Of a stretch of DNA of 45,703 nt, positions 37,391 to 45,703 are shown piece after piece (the first letter of the stretch is position 1; each line of letters starts with the position of its first letter). Origin of the DNA: an uncultured Salinivenus sp. (GTDB lineage Bacteria > Bacteroidota > Rhodothermia > Rhodothermales > Salinibacteraceae). The notes under the pieces were generated by a model. It was not told where the DNA came from. It was given only the letters and a program-made list of their open reading frames with translations, and searched no databases. Both the position numbers and the translations under genes were made by a program. Location: NCBI GenBank assembly GCA_964601725.1, contig CAZRPQ010000001.1, positions 1 through 45,703 on the forward strand, read 5' to 3'.

Positions 37391-38461
37391 CTACGCCTCC
37401 TCAGTCGCCGCCTCCGTCTCGGCGTCGGCGTCCTCCGCATCGGGATCTTGATCCTCGCCCGTCGCAAGACCGATCTCTGCCCGGATTGCCGACTTGATCT
37501 CGTCCAGCTTCTCAGGATTGTCCTCCAGCCACTCTTTCGTGTTCTCGCGGCCCTGAGCGATGGTTTCGTCGTCGTACGAGTACCACGATCCTCGCTTCTC
37601 GAGGATCTCGTACTCCGTACCAAGGTCGATGATTTCGCCGAGAGACGAGATGCCCTCTCCGTAGATGAGATCGAACTCCGCCTCCTGAAAAGGCGGGGCC
37701 ACCTTGTTCTTCTTCACCTTCACGCGGGTCCGGTTGCCCACCACATCCTGCCCGTCCTTTACGGCCCCGATCCGGCGAATGTCCAGGCGGACCGACGAAT
37801 AGAACTTGAGGGCCCGTCCGCCGGAGGTGGTCTCCGGGTTGCCGAACATCACGCCGATCTTCATCCGGATCTGGTTGATGAAGATCAGGGCCGTCTTGGT
37901 ACGGTTGATGGTGCCGGCAAGCTTCCGGAGCGCCTGGCTCATGAGACGGGCCTGCAGGCCCACGTGCGTGTCGCCCATGTCGCCCTCCAGCTCCGCCTGC
38001 GGCACGAGCGCCGATACCGAGTCGATGGCAATGACGTCGAGGGCCCCGCTCCGCACCAGCGTATCCGTAATGTTGAGGGCCTGCTCCCCCGTGTCCGGCT
38101 GGGAAATGAGGAGCTCGTCGGTATCCACCCCGAGTTGCTCGGCGTAGTTGGGATCAAAGGCGTGCTCGGCGTCGACGAACGCACAGGTCCCCCCGAGCTT
38201 CTGGGCCTCGGCGACGATGTGGGCCGCCAGGGTCGTCTTGCCCGACGACTCGGGCCCAAAGATTTCGGTGATGCGCCCTCGGGGCACCCCTCCCACGCCG
38301 AGGGCGTCATCGAGGGCCAAGGACCCAGTCGGGATCGCTTCGACTTCCTGATGAGGATCGTCGCTGAGGCGCATGATCGCCCCTTCCCCGTGATCCCGCT
38401 GGATCTGTTCGACAGCAAGGTCTAGGGCTTTTTCCTTCGCTTCTCCGTCTTTGTCTGACAT
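37391..38461 (-). CDS. recA: Recombinase A
   Basis: [46 protein letters not shown]. Confidence 0.99.
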   Translation of the reverse strand: MSDKDGEAKEKALDLAVEQIQRDHGEGAIMRLSDDPHQEVEAIPTGSLALDDALGVGGVPRGRITEIFGPESSGKTTLAAHIVAEAQKLGGTCAFVDAEHAFDPNYAEQLGVDTDELLISQPDTGEQALNITDTLVRSGALDVIAIDSVSALVPQAELEGDMGDTHVGLQARLMSQALRKLAGTINRTKTALIFINQIRMKIGVMFGNPETTSGGRALKFYSSVRLDIRRIGAVKDGQDVVGNRTRVKVKKNKVAPPFQEAEFDLIYGEGISSLGEIIDLGTEYEILEKRGSWYSYDDETIAQGRENTKEWLEDNPEKLDEIKSAIRAEIGLATGEDQDPDAEDADAETEAATEEA

Positions 38462-38644
38462 ATCGTAGCTGGCGCGGCTAAATCAGAAAGAGTTCGTGGT
38501 TCCCCCCTTGGTGGCGAAGGTGCTCATTCGCTCACACACTCCTGTAGACACAAGAATGTCCCAATTCTAACGTGCCTCGGCCATTTCCGCATAGCATCGG
38601 ACAAAATGGAACGAGGATTGGCGTTTGTTGGTCCCCCATCCGCC

Positions 38645-38672
38645 GATTTGTACACATGATTTGGACACATGA
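38645..38672. repeat. 13-bp tandem direct repeat upstream of recA
   Basis: GATTTGTACACAT-GATTTGGACACAT-GA (one mismatch). Confidence 0.7.
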
Positions 38673-38764
38673 GAGACCACTGGAAATCCTGAACGTGTCT
38701 CGGGGCGGCAAGGACCATTCACAGTCCGCCAGCGGCGGGGTGCGGAGAGGAGATGTCCTTCGTG

Positions 38765-39673
38765 CTATTCGACGAGCTTGTCGTACTCTGACGAATGAGA
38801 CGGATCCATCTGAACCAGGAGGCCATGGGCCTGACTCTCCAAGTCACTGCCGACAAAGAACGCAGTGAGCTCCTGGCTTTTCGTCGAGAAGAAGATATTG
38901 AGCGCAAAAGAAGTGGAAAGGCGGCGGTTTAGTTTCCGAAGGGTCTCGAGCACCTCGAGTCCCACCTGTCGAGCCTTTTCAGTTTCGCGCACGAATCGGT
39001 CCAGCCCCTTCCGATGATAGGTGTAATACACCCGGCGTAGCGGTTCGTGACGCTGATCGAGGAGATTGGAAAGAAGCTCCACCCGATTCTGCCGGGTGCC
39101 GACAGAGGACCAGCCCGGATCTCCACTTCCTTCTGCCTGGTCGGCCACTGAACGGGCCTCCTCGAAATATGGAGTTCCCCCCAGCGGGCTGAAGGTGTCA
39201 TAATCGTACCCAAGAATCAGATAGGCATAGAAGTCAAGGACTGAGGTCAACGAGTTGTACCGATCGGGATCGTAGTTGAGCGACGATCCTCGACTGAATT
39301 CGAAGGTCCACTCCGGATCGTTGATGCGCGCGACGACAGTGGACTGCGACGTTCCATAAATGGGCCGCCGGGACGTGACGATGAGCCGGGTCCGAAACTC
39401 CGAAATACTGATCGACTCCCGCACGACAATCTGCATCGAGCACGAGATCCGCTCGTGTGAAAGAAACCGGCCGTCCGTCCAGGAGCGAGTATTGAGGTAT
39501 TCTTGGATTTTCCGCTCGAGATCATCCAGAAACGCAAACTCTGACTCGGCGCCACTGAGCTGCGAGTCGTCGATTTGCACTCGACAATCCAGTTCTTGCC
39601 CGGCCGCCGGAACGGCGACAGAGGCCGAGAGCACGAGGGCAACCAACCAGGACGGCGTCGGGACCTGAAGCAC
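38765..39673 (-). CDS. DUF4835 family exported protein (T9SS PorD-like)
   Basis: Signal peptide, then QELDCRVQI, YLNTRSWT, RPIYGT, LTSVLDFYAYLILGYDYDTFSPLGG. Confidence 0.88.
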   Translation of the reverse strand: MLQVPTPSWLVALVLSASVAVPAAGQELDCRVQIDDSQLSGAESEFAFLDDLERKIQEYLNTRSWTDGRFLSHERISCSMQIVVRESISISEFRTRLIVTSRRPIYGTSQSTVVARINDPEWTFEFSRGSSLNYDPDRYNSLTSVLDFYAYLILGYDYDTFSPLGGTPYFEEARSVADQAEGSGDPGWSSVGTRQNRVELLSNLLDQRHEPLRRVYYTYHRKGLDRFVRETEKARQVGLEVLETLRKLNRRLSTSFALNIFFSTKSQELTAFFVGSDLESQAHGLLVQMDPSHSSEYDKLVE

Positions 39674-39904
39674 GAGGCGAGAGAGAAACCGTAGGTGCTG
39701 ATGGAAAGGCGTATTGCTACTTTCACTCCGACCTTGAGGTTTCTGCCCCTTCCTCGGGTTCCACTCGGTCGGACTTGGAGGAACGATCCGACAGAGAACC
39801 TCTCGTCAGGAACAGTCGATTAACGAATTTCCTCGTTTGATTCTTTTCAAAGTAAATTCTAAAATAAAAACCCGTTTCTGAGAACACTGCTTTGCCCTCC
39901 CCCG

Positions 39905-40738
39905 ATGCGTCGTCTCCTGGGGCTCTTCCTCGCAGGAATGGTCATGAGCGTGTCCGGCGTCGTTCCGGCTCACGGCCAGTCTGCGTACGACCTTTTTGGC
40001 AGTGCCCGGGCCTCCGGCCTCGGCTATGCGTCGACCGCAATGACGAGGACTGCCGGTGTTCACGCAAATCCGGGCGCAAGTGCGCTGCACCAGCGACGAA
40101 TGGTCTCGTTCTTCGCCCGGGAAGCGTTCGGGCTCTCGGTGCTCCGCTATGGGTCGGTCTACGGCACGTGGCCTGCCAGTTGGGGTGCGGTGTCGGTTGG
40201 CGCCAGCACGTTTGGGGGCGATGGGTATCGGGAAGTTCACTACAGCCTCGGATACGCCCGAGGGCTTCAGTTTGGCACCTCTCGGCGGATATACGTGGGC
40301 CTGACCGGTCGGTACTATCACACCCGCATCGACGGGTACGGAGGAACGGGGGCGCTGGGTCTGCACCTCGGCCTGCTCGTTCAGCTCTTGCCCTCCATTC
40401 ACCTCGGGGCGCACGCCACGAACGTGAACGGACCCTCGCTCGTGGACGGAGAGACCCTGCCCCAAACGCTGTCGGTGGGGCTTCAGTACCGCGTACACTC
40501 TCGGTTCCTGGTGGTGGCGGACGTCTTCAAAGACCTCTCTTTTTCCGCCTCTGTGAGGGGTGGGCTGGAGGTGCGCCCCATTCCGATGCTTGCCCTCCGG
40601 GCCGGGGTGACGAGCAGTCCAACCCGTTTCACCGGGGGCGTCGGGCTGCATCTCGGCCGGATTCGGGCCCACGTGGCCGCCGAACAGCACGCTGAGCTGG
40701 GTTGGTCGCCCTCCGCGTCGCTCGAGATTCGCTGGTAG
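39905..40738 (+). CDS. Putative outer-membrane beta-barrel protein (FadL/PorV-like N-terminus)
   Basis: Signal peptide, GSARASGLG...ANPGA motif, alternating beta strands, terminal Trp. Confidence 0.75.
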   Translation: MRRLLGLFLAGMVMSVSGVVPAHGQSAYDLFGSARASGLGYASTAMTRTAGVHANPGASALHQRRMVSFFAREAFGLSVLRYGSVYGTWPASWGAVSVGASTFGGDGYREVHYSLGYARGLQFGTSRRIYVGLTGRYYHTRIDGYGGTGALGLHLGLLVQLLPSIHLGAHATNVNGPSLVDGETLPQTLSVGLQYRVHSRFLVVADVFKDLSFSASVRGGLEVRPIPMLALRAGVTSSPTRFTGGVGLHLGRIRAHVAAEQHAELGWSPSASLEIRW

Positions 40739-40751
40739 TCCTGCGGTCATC

Positions 40752-42866
40752 ATGCTGTCGGCTCGTCCCCCCTTACGGCTCATCGTGCTGCTGTTCCTTC
40801 TGCTCGTCCCTGTTGGAGGGGCCTCCCAGGGACACGCCCAAACGCCTACCGACTCTACGACCGCGGATACGACGAACCTCAGTCGCCGGCTGGAACCTGT
40901 ACTGGATGCCTTTGGCGACACAGAACAGACAACCGCTCAGGCGGCGGAGCGGTTCGCTCACCTGGCCGACAGCCCGCTCAACGTCAACCGAGCATCCGCT
41001 GCGGACCTCGCGGTGCTTCCGGGGCTGTCGTCCCGCGAGGCCCATCGCATCGTGCGCTACCGCGAAGAGCATGGAGCCTACGACCGCTGGACCGCGCTGC
41101 GAGACGTAGAGGGCATCACACCCGAGAGGGTCCGCGCAATCCGCCCGTTCCTAACCCTGGGCACCGCCCCCGACACGAGGGGCTTCCCCGCCTTCAACAC
41201 GATGGTCTCGAATCTCGAGTTCAGCCTCATTCAGCGGTACACGCGCCGCCTGGATCTTGGCCGGGGGTACCGCGAGGACCGGTTTCTCGGCCCCCCGGGC
41301 CGACTCACGTCCCGCCTCCGCCTCGGCTACGAGCGGCGCCTCCAGCTTGCCCTGACGCTCGACAAGGACCCGGGCGAGCCGCTCCGGTGGGCCCCCGCCA
41401 CCGATACCTATGGATTCGACCACGTCGCCGGGAGCCTCGCCCTGCGGGATCTCGGCCCCGTCGAAACGCTCGTCCTCGGGGACTTCACGGCTCAGTTTGG
41501 ACAGGGCGTTGCGCTATGGCAGGGCCTTCGCTTTGGGAAAGGACGGGATCCGGTCTCTCCTGTCCTCCAGACCGGACGGGGGATTCTTCCGTATCGGTCG
41601 GCCTCGGAGGTTAATTTTTTCCGGGGTGCCGCCATGACCGTCGGCCTTCCGGGCGACCTCTCGGTGACGGGCTTCGTCTCGCGCCGGAACCGGGACGCCT
41701 CGCTCGACTCGTCGCTCACGGCGACGGAGACTGCGGCTCCCATCCCGGCCCGCACCATCTCGGCCGGGGGCCGCCATCGCACCCCGAGCGAGCTCGCCCG
41801 AAAAGGCACGCTGGGCGAGACGACGGTCGGCGGCGCGCTCGAATACGATGCGTCCTCCCTCCACCTCGGCGTCACCGGCTACTACGGCCGGTTCAACCGG
41901 CCCCTGCGTCCCGGCGACACACCCTATCGGCGATTTCGCGTAGCCGGGCGCCAGGCGTCCATGGCAAGCGCCTACGCAACTACCTACCTGGGCAACTATA
42001 CTCTTTTCGGCGAGGTGGCGCGGGCCCCAGGCGGAACGTACGGTGGACTGGTCGGCGCGGCGCTGGACGAGGGAGACGTCGCAGACGCGATCCTTCTGGG
42101 CCGCTGGTATCCCCGGGGGCTCACCAACCTCCACGGCGGCGCCTTCGGAGAGCGAAGCCGTCCCCAGAACGAAATCGGCGTCTACACGGGCCTTCGGCTG
42201 CGCGTGGCGGAGAACTGGACGATCGGGGCGTATTTCGACCAGTTTCGCGCCCCCTGGCTCCGCTTCAATGTCCCTCGGCCCTCCACCGGATGGGAGGCCC
42301 GCACGGTTCTTGAATATGATCCTCGGCCCTGGCTGTCCACCTATCTCCAAGCTCGGGCGCAAGGTGAAGAAGAAGGCACGGAGCACTCCGGACCCGGGGC
42401 TCGGAGCCTCGAAGGGGTGCAGGAGGAACGACGCTACTCGGCCCGCTGGCACACCGAATACTCCTTCAGTGACGCCCTAACCCTGCGGACTCGCATCGAG
42501 CTCTCCCGAAAGTCGACGCCGACCACCACCGCAAAGGGATTTTTTCTCTCTCAGGGCCTCCGCTGGATCCCCCACCCGTCGGTGCAGATCGATGCCCGAA
42601 TTGCGTTCTTCGACACCGACGGGTTCGCGGCCCGCATCTATGCGTACGAGCACGATCTGTTATACAGCTTTTCGGTCCCAGTCTTCTTCGATCGAGGACG
42701 CCGGTCGTACCTCCTGGTGCAGTACGACGTACTTCCCTCGCTCACCCTCGAAGCAAAGTACGCAACCACGAGGTACGAGAACCGCACCACAATTGGCTCC
42801 GGGCTTAATCGGATTGACGGATCGCGCCGCCGCGAGATTCGGGTTCAAGTCCGATGGACACTGTAG
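40752..42866 (+). CDS. Helix-hairpin-helix (ComEA-like) domain fused to an outer-membrane beta-barrel
   Basis: Signal peptide, PLNVNRASAADLAVLPGLS...IVRYREEHG...LRDVEGI, DKDPGE, aromatic beta-strand C-terminus. Confidence 0.85.
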   Translation: MLSARPPLRLIVLLFLLLVPVGGASQGHAQTPTDSTTADTTNLSRRLEPVLDAFGDTEQTTAQAAERFAHLADSPLNVNRASAADLAVLPGLSSREAHRIVRYREEHGAYDRWTALRDVEGITPERVRAIRPFLTLGTAPDTRGFPAFNTMVSNLEFSLIQRYTRRLDLGRGYREDRFLGPPGRLTSRLRLGYERRLQLALTLDKDPGEPLRWAPATDTYGFDHVAGSLALRDLGPVETLVLGDFTAQFGQGVALWQGLRFGKGRDPVSPVLQTGRGILPYRSASEVNFFRGAAMTVGLPGDLSVTGFVSRRNRDASLDSSLTATETAAPIPARTISAGGRHRTPSELARKGTLGETTVGGALEYDASSLHLGVTGYYGRFNRPLRPGDTPYRRFRVAGRQASMASAYATTYLGNYTLFGEVARAPGGTYGGLVGAALDEGDVADAILLGRWYPRGLTNLHGGAFGERSRPQNEIGVYTGLRLRVAENWTIGAYFDQFRAPWLRFNVPRPSTGWEARTVLEYDPRPWLSTYLQARAQGEEEGTEHSGPGARSLEGVQEERRYSARWHTEYSFSDALTLRTRIELSRKSTPTTTAKGFFLSQGLRWIPHPSVQIDARIAFFDTDGFAARIYAYEHDLLYSFSVPVFFDRGRRSYLLVQYDVLPSLTLEAKYATTRYENRTTIGSGLNRIDGSRRREIRVQVRWTL

Positions 42867-43180
42867 AAGCGAGGACGAGAGCGTCCCAGGGCGTGCTGTC
42901 AACTCCTACGAATCGCACTTTCGACTCGCCCTGTTACGAAGTCGTCCAACAAGCCCACACGTCCACGAACTCCGGGCCAACGTCCCGTTGTTTTCAAAGT
43001 GTGGCATGGTGATTGATGTGAAAACCTACCCGATGGATCCTCGACTCAACCGATCCATTCCCTGAGAGATGTCAGGGCCGTGTTTTCCGGGGTCAGACGA
43101 CGGGGTTTGCTTCTCGGACGATCGACCCAGGACGTTTTTCTTCACCCGGCTTCCTCATTCTCCACACCCCCACTGTTAGT

Positions 43181-43564
43181 ATGAGTACGTCGCAAAACCC
43201 CAACATTCTGGCCGTAGAGGACAACTCAGAGACGCAGCTCCTGCTGAAGCACCTGCTGAAGGGATCCTACGACGTGGAGATCGTTTACGGGATTGAAGGT
43301 GCACTGGACGCTGTGGATGCCGGCTCGTTCGATGTCCTATTGCTCGACATCAACCTTAGCGAAGACCAGACAGGCACTGATCTCCTCCACCTGATTCGAG
43401 AGCGCCAGGGAATGGGGGAGGTCCCCGCCGTCGCCCTGACGGCCTACGCCCTGCCCGGCGACCGCGAAGACTTTCTCCAAAAAGGCTTCGACGAGTACGT
43501 AAGCAAGCCGTTTACCCGCGCCGACCTCACGGACGCCATCGAGAATACCCTCAAACCGGCTTAG
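43181..43564 (+). CDS. Single-domain response regulator (receiver)
   Basis: ILAVED, LLDINL, ALTAY, YVSKP. Confidence 0.95.
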   Translation: MSTSQNPNILAVEDNSETQLLLKHLLKGSYDVEIVYGIEGALDAVDAGSFDVLLLDINLSEDQTGTDLLHLIRERQGMGEVPAVALTAYALPGDREDFLQKGFDEYVSKPFTRADLTDAIENTLKPA

Positions 43565-43785
43565 CTTCTCCCCTCCCTCGAAATGGAACAGGACCGGCGG
43601 CACCTGGGGAGCGCTGGGCGATCGTCTGTCAAGCGCCTTGTCGAACAGTGGAGGCTCGGCTGCTTCTGATCGTAAGAGGGATGCCGGGGCTGTACCGGCG
43701 AATGGGAGAGCGGAGACCCCGAAATTCTGCCCGGGCGAACGGGCCGCCGTCGCTACGATGCGGCTGCCGCCCCAGAAGGGCGCAG

Positions 43786-43819
43786 AAAAAAAGCCCAGGA
43801 CCAGTCAAGGTCCCAGGCT
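43786..43819 (-). terminator. Intrinsic terminator
   Basis: Minus-strand stem AGCCUGGGACC/GGUCCUGGGCU (with two G-U pairs) followed by a U run. Confidence 0.8.
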
Positions 43820-43844
43820 CGGGCAGGCGGTGTGGGGAGTCGGC

Positions 43845-44225
43845 TTAGTTCACGCAGGTGGCTTTCAGCGTGTCGCGTCGGTCCGAGAGAACGGTTTCCC
43901 ACTCCGACTCGTCGACCGGTTCATCTCCTTTGAAGTACTCCCACTCGTCAACACTTTCATCGGAGATGACGACCGAATTGGTCATGTGGGCCACGCGCTT
44001 GAGCACAGGGGACGTGCCCATTTGATGGACAAACGTGATGGTGCACTCTCCGTCGGCCGTTTTTTCCTTGACCGACAGCCAGTTGTCCCCACAAACCTGG
44101 CAGCTGTAAAAACGGGATTCCTGTTCTTCTCCGAGTAGATCGTCCACTTCATCCTCCTCTTCGAAGACAACCTGCATCGGGCGCAGGCTCTCGCATCCGC
44201 AGGTCTTACACTGGAGTTTTTCCAT
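43845..44225 (-). CDS. Small acidic hypothetical protein with two CxxC motifs (zinc-ribbon-like)
   Basis: CKTCGC and CQVCG. Host-like codons; has its own terminator. Confidence 0.8.
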   Translation of the reverse strand: MEKLQCKTCGCESLRPMQVVFEEEDEVDDLLGEEQESRFYSCQVCGDNWLSVKEKTADGECTITFVHQMGTSPVLKRVAHMTNSVVISDESVDEWEYFKGDEPVDESEWETVLSDRRDTLKATCVN

Positions 44226-44358
44226 GCTGGAGAGGGCTACTAGTAAGTGGCCAATGCGCCTGGATCAACGCACCCAACCCGCAGAGGTTCGTCGTGGGGA
44301 TCGGAATCTCCTCGTGGACAGGGACTGCTGCGAGGATCTCGCCAGAAGTTTACCTCTC

Positions 44359-44470
44359 ATACCATCTGCGCCAAATCGTCGTGCATTTTGAGTAGTAGGG
44401 ACAACCGGCGGGTCGTCCCGACGTGGACGGATAGGTACAGAGATGCACATTGAAATATCGTAATTGGTAT
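44359..44470. repeat. Intergenic REP/MITE-like repeat, copy 3 (with terminal inverted repeats)
   Basis: Ends ATACCATCTGCG ... CGTAATTGGTAT. Internal GTAG-GGACAACCGGCGGGTCGTCC hairpin. 53/74 identical to the copy 2 core. Confidence 0.75.
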
Positions 44471-44550
44471 CCCCCCCCCTCGGTTCGAGGAATCGCCGCA
44501 AAAGCCCCCAAGGTCCCCGGATGGATCGCAAAACGGGATCGGCCCCGGCG

Positions 44551-45702
44551 TCATCGCCACACGAGGTCGACGTCGCCCGGCTCGAGCCGAAAAGCCGCCC
44601 CGATCTGCAGGTCGAAATCGAGGAGGTAGAAGAGCCGGAACTGGAGCCCAATCCCGCCCCCCACCGACGAACGGAAGGAGCCCGCCTCGTCTACGGCCGT
44701 GAGGGTTTGCCCGAATCCGTAGCCGTATAGCGCCTTGGCGTAGAAGGGGACCAGGGTGGACCCATCGTCGATGTACCAGAACGGGTGCGTGATCTCGGCC
44801 CCCAGTCGAACGAACGACCCGGCACCGAGTGCCAGGTCTTCGTATCCCCGAGGCACAAACTGATCGGTCCCCACCACGGAGCGGGCATTTTGCGTGAGGA
44901 ATCCGGCCCCCAGCCGCACACCGGTGTGACTGCGCAGCGCAAGGGGCAGATAGAGGTCGGCCTCCGACACGAAGGCCCGGCTCGCCGGCACGCCGTCGGT
45001 CCAGGCGTCAACCTCGGCGGAGGAGCGCACGATGAGTCCCTGGTTGGGGACGAGGTCGCGGGGATTTTGCTGGAGACGATGGCCCCACGCTGCCTGCGGA
45101 GACAGCGTGACGCGGTCTCGCCAGCGAGTAAGCCTCCGGGCGTCCTCGGGCTCGAGGACCTCAACGGCGTCGCCGAAGAACCGGGTCTGCCGGTACTCCG
45201 CCCCCAGAGAAAACGCGAGCGCGCTCTGATACACGTTGGACCGAAGGCGGATGGGAAGCCGCGTGCCCACCGATGCGCCTCGCTCTTCGAACCCGAATCG
45301 CGCCGAGCGCGATCCTTGATCGGTCTGGATCGTGGCCGGAACCGTTTCGGGAGTGTCGAACACCGTCAGGGACGGCCGCAGCAACCACCGCCCCGACTGC
45401 ACGGTCGCCGAGCCCCAGAGCCGGCCGTCCTGCCAGAACGCAGTGCCCCGGTACCGCCACCGCCCGAGCGGATCATTTCCGGCCACCCCGAGGCCTACGC
45501 CCATCCCAAGCTCCTCGAAGCGGGCCGCATCGGGACGGTCCGCCTCGTCGGCATCGTACGAAACGGTCGGATAGATCATCCGCGGGGCGAGGTGGCGCCA
45601 CGCCTCGTACGGCCGACTGTCGTCGAAGGCCGCCGTGTCGGCGGAGGTCGATGCGACCTGGCGGGCGGGCGGACGCGGAGACGCCCCCTCCACAATGACG
45701 CG
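44551..45702 (-). CDS. C-terminal part of an outer-membrane protein (Omp85/BamA-like barrel); 5' end outside window
   Basis: Frame is open to the window edge. Beta-strand pattern, NPRDLVP...G, FVPRGY, SVGGGIGLQF. Confidence 0.7.
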   Translation of the reverse strand, partial: RVIVEGASPRPPARQVASTSADTAAFDDSRPYEAWRHLAPRMIYPTVSYDADEADRPDAARFEELGMGVGLGVAGNDPLGRWRYRGTAFWQDGRLWGSATVQSGRWLLRPSLTVFDTPETVPATIQTDQGSRSARFGFEERGASVGTRLPIRLRSNVYQSALAFSLGAEYRQTRFFGDAVEVLEPEDARRLTRWRDRVTLSPQAAWGHRLQQNPRDLVPNQGLIVRSSAEVDAWTDGVPASRAFVSEADLYLPLALRSHTGVRLGAGFLTQNARSVVGTDQFVPRGYEDLALGAGSFVRLGAEITHPFWYIDDGSTLVPFYAKALYGYGFGQTLTAVDEAGSFRSSVGGGIGLQFRLFYLLDFDLQIGAAFRLEPGDVDLVWR

Positions 45703-45703
45703 C

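Noticed and set aside
42886-42903. AGGGCGTGCTGTCAAC as an IS5-like terminal repeat
   Set aside because: No matching inverted partner or transposase remnant was found nearby.

Overview
GC-rich bacterial chromosome segment encoding acidic proteins. The gene content (DUF4835/PorD, TamB, 7TM-HD, no Shine-Dalgarno sequences) suggests a halophilic Rhodothermota/Bacteroidota such as Salinibacter; this is inference, not a database result. The first ~1.7 kb is the AT-richer edge of a mobile element: a 5'-broken HNH endonuclease frame, a 28-bp dif/res-like site and a tyrosine recombinase. It abuts a five-gene minus-strand operon (RibA-RibD_C fusion, Zn/MDR dehydrogenase, atypical PTPS/QueD-family protein, GT4 glycosyltransferase, SAM methyltransferase) that probably makes an unknown GTP-derived metabolite. 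The rest is mostly housekeeping: ThiD-like protein, LacI, purC, nitrilase, peroxiredoxin, LolC/E, pruA, GntR, 7TM-HD, RodZ-like, tRNA-Pro(GGG), OsmC-hydrolase, NRDE, MnmM-like, aroB, tamB, rnr, SerA-like, DUF1015, GGCT, PAP2, recA, outer-membrane proteins and a receiver protein. Non-obvious signals: three copies of a REP-hairpin-containing MITE-like intergenic repeat, a probable ATT start codon for RNase R, a catalytically degenerate ThiD homolog, and a tandem repeat upstream of recA.
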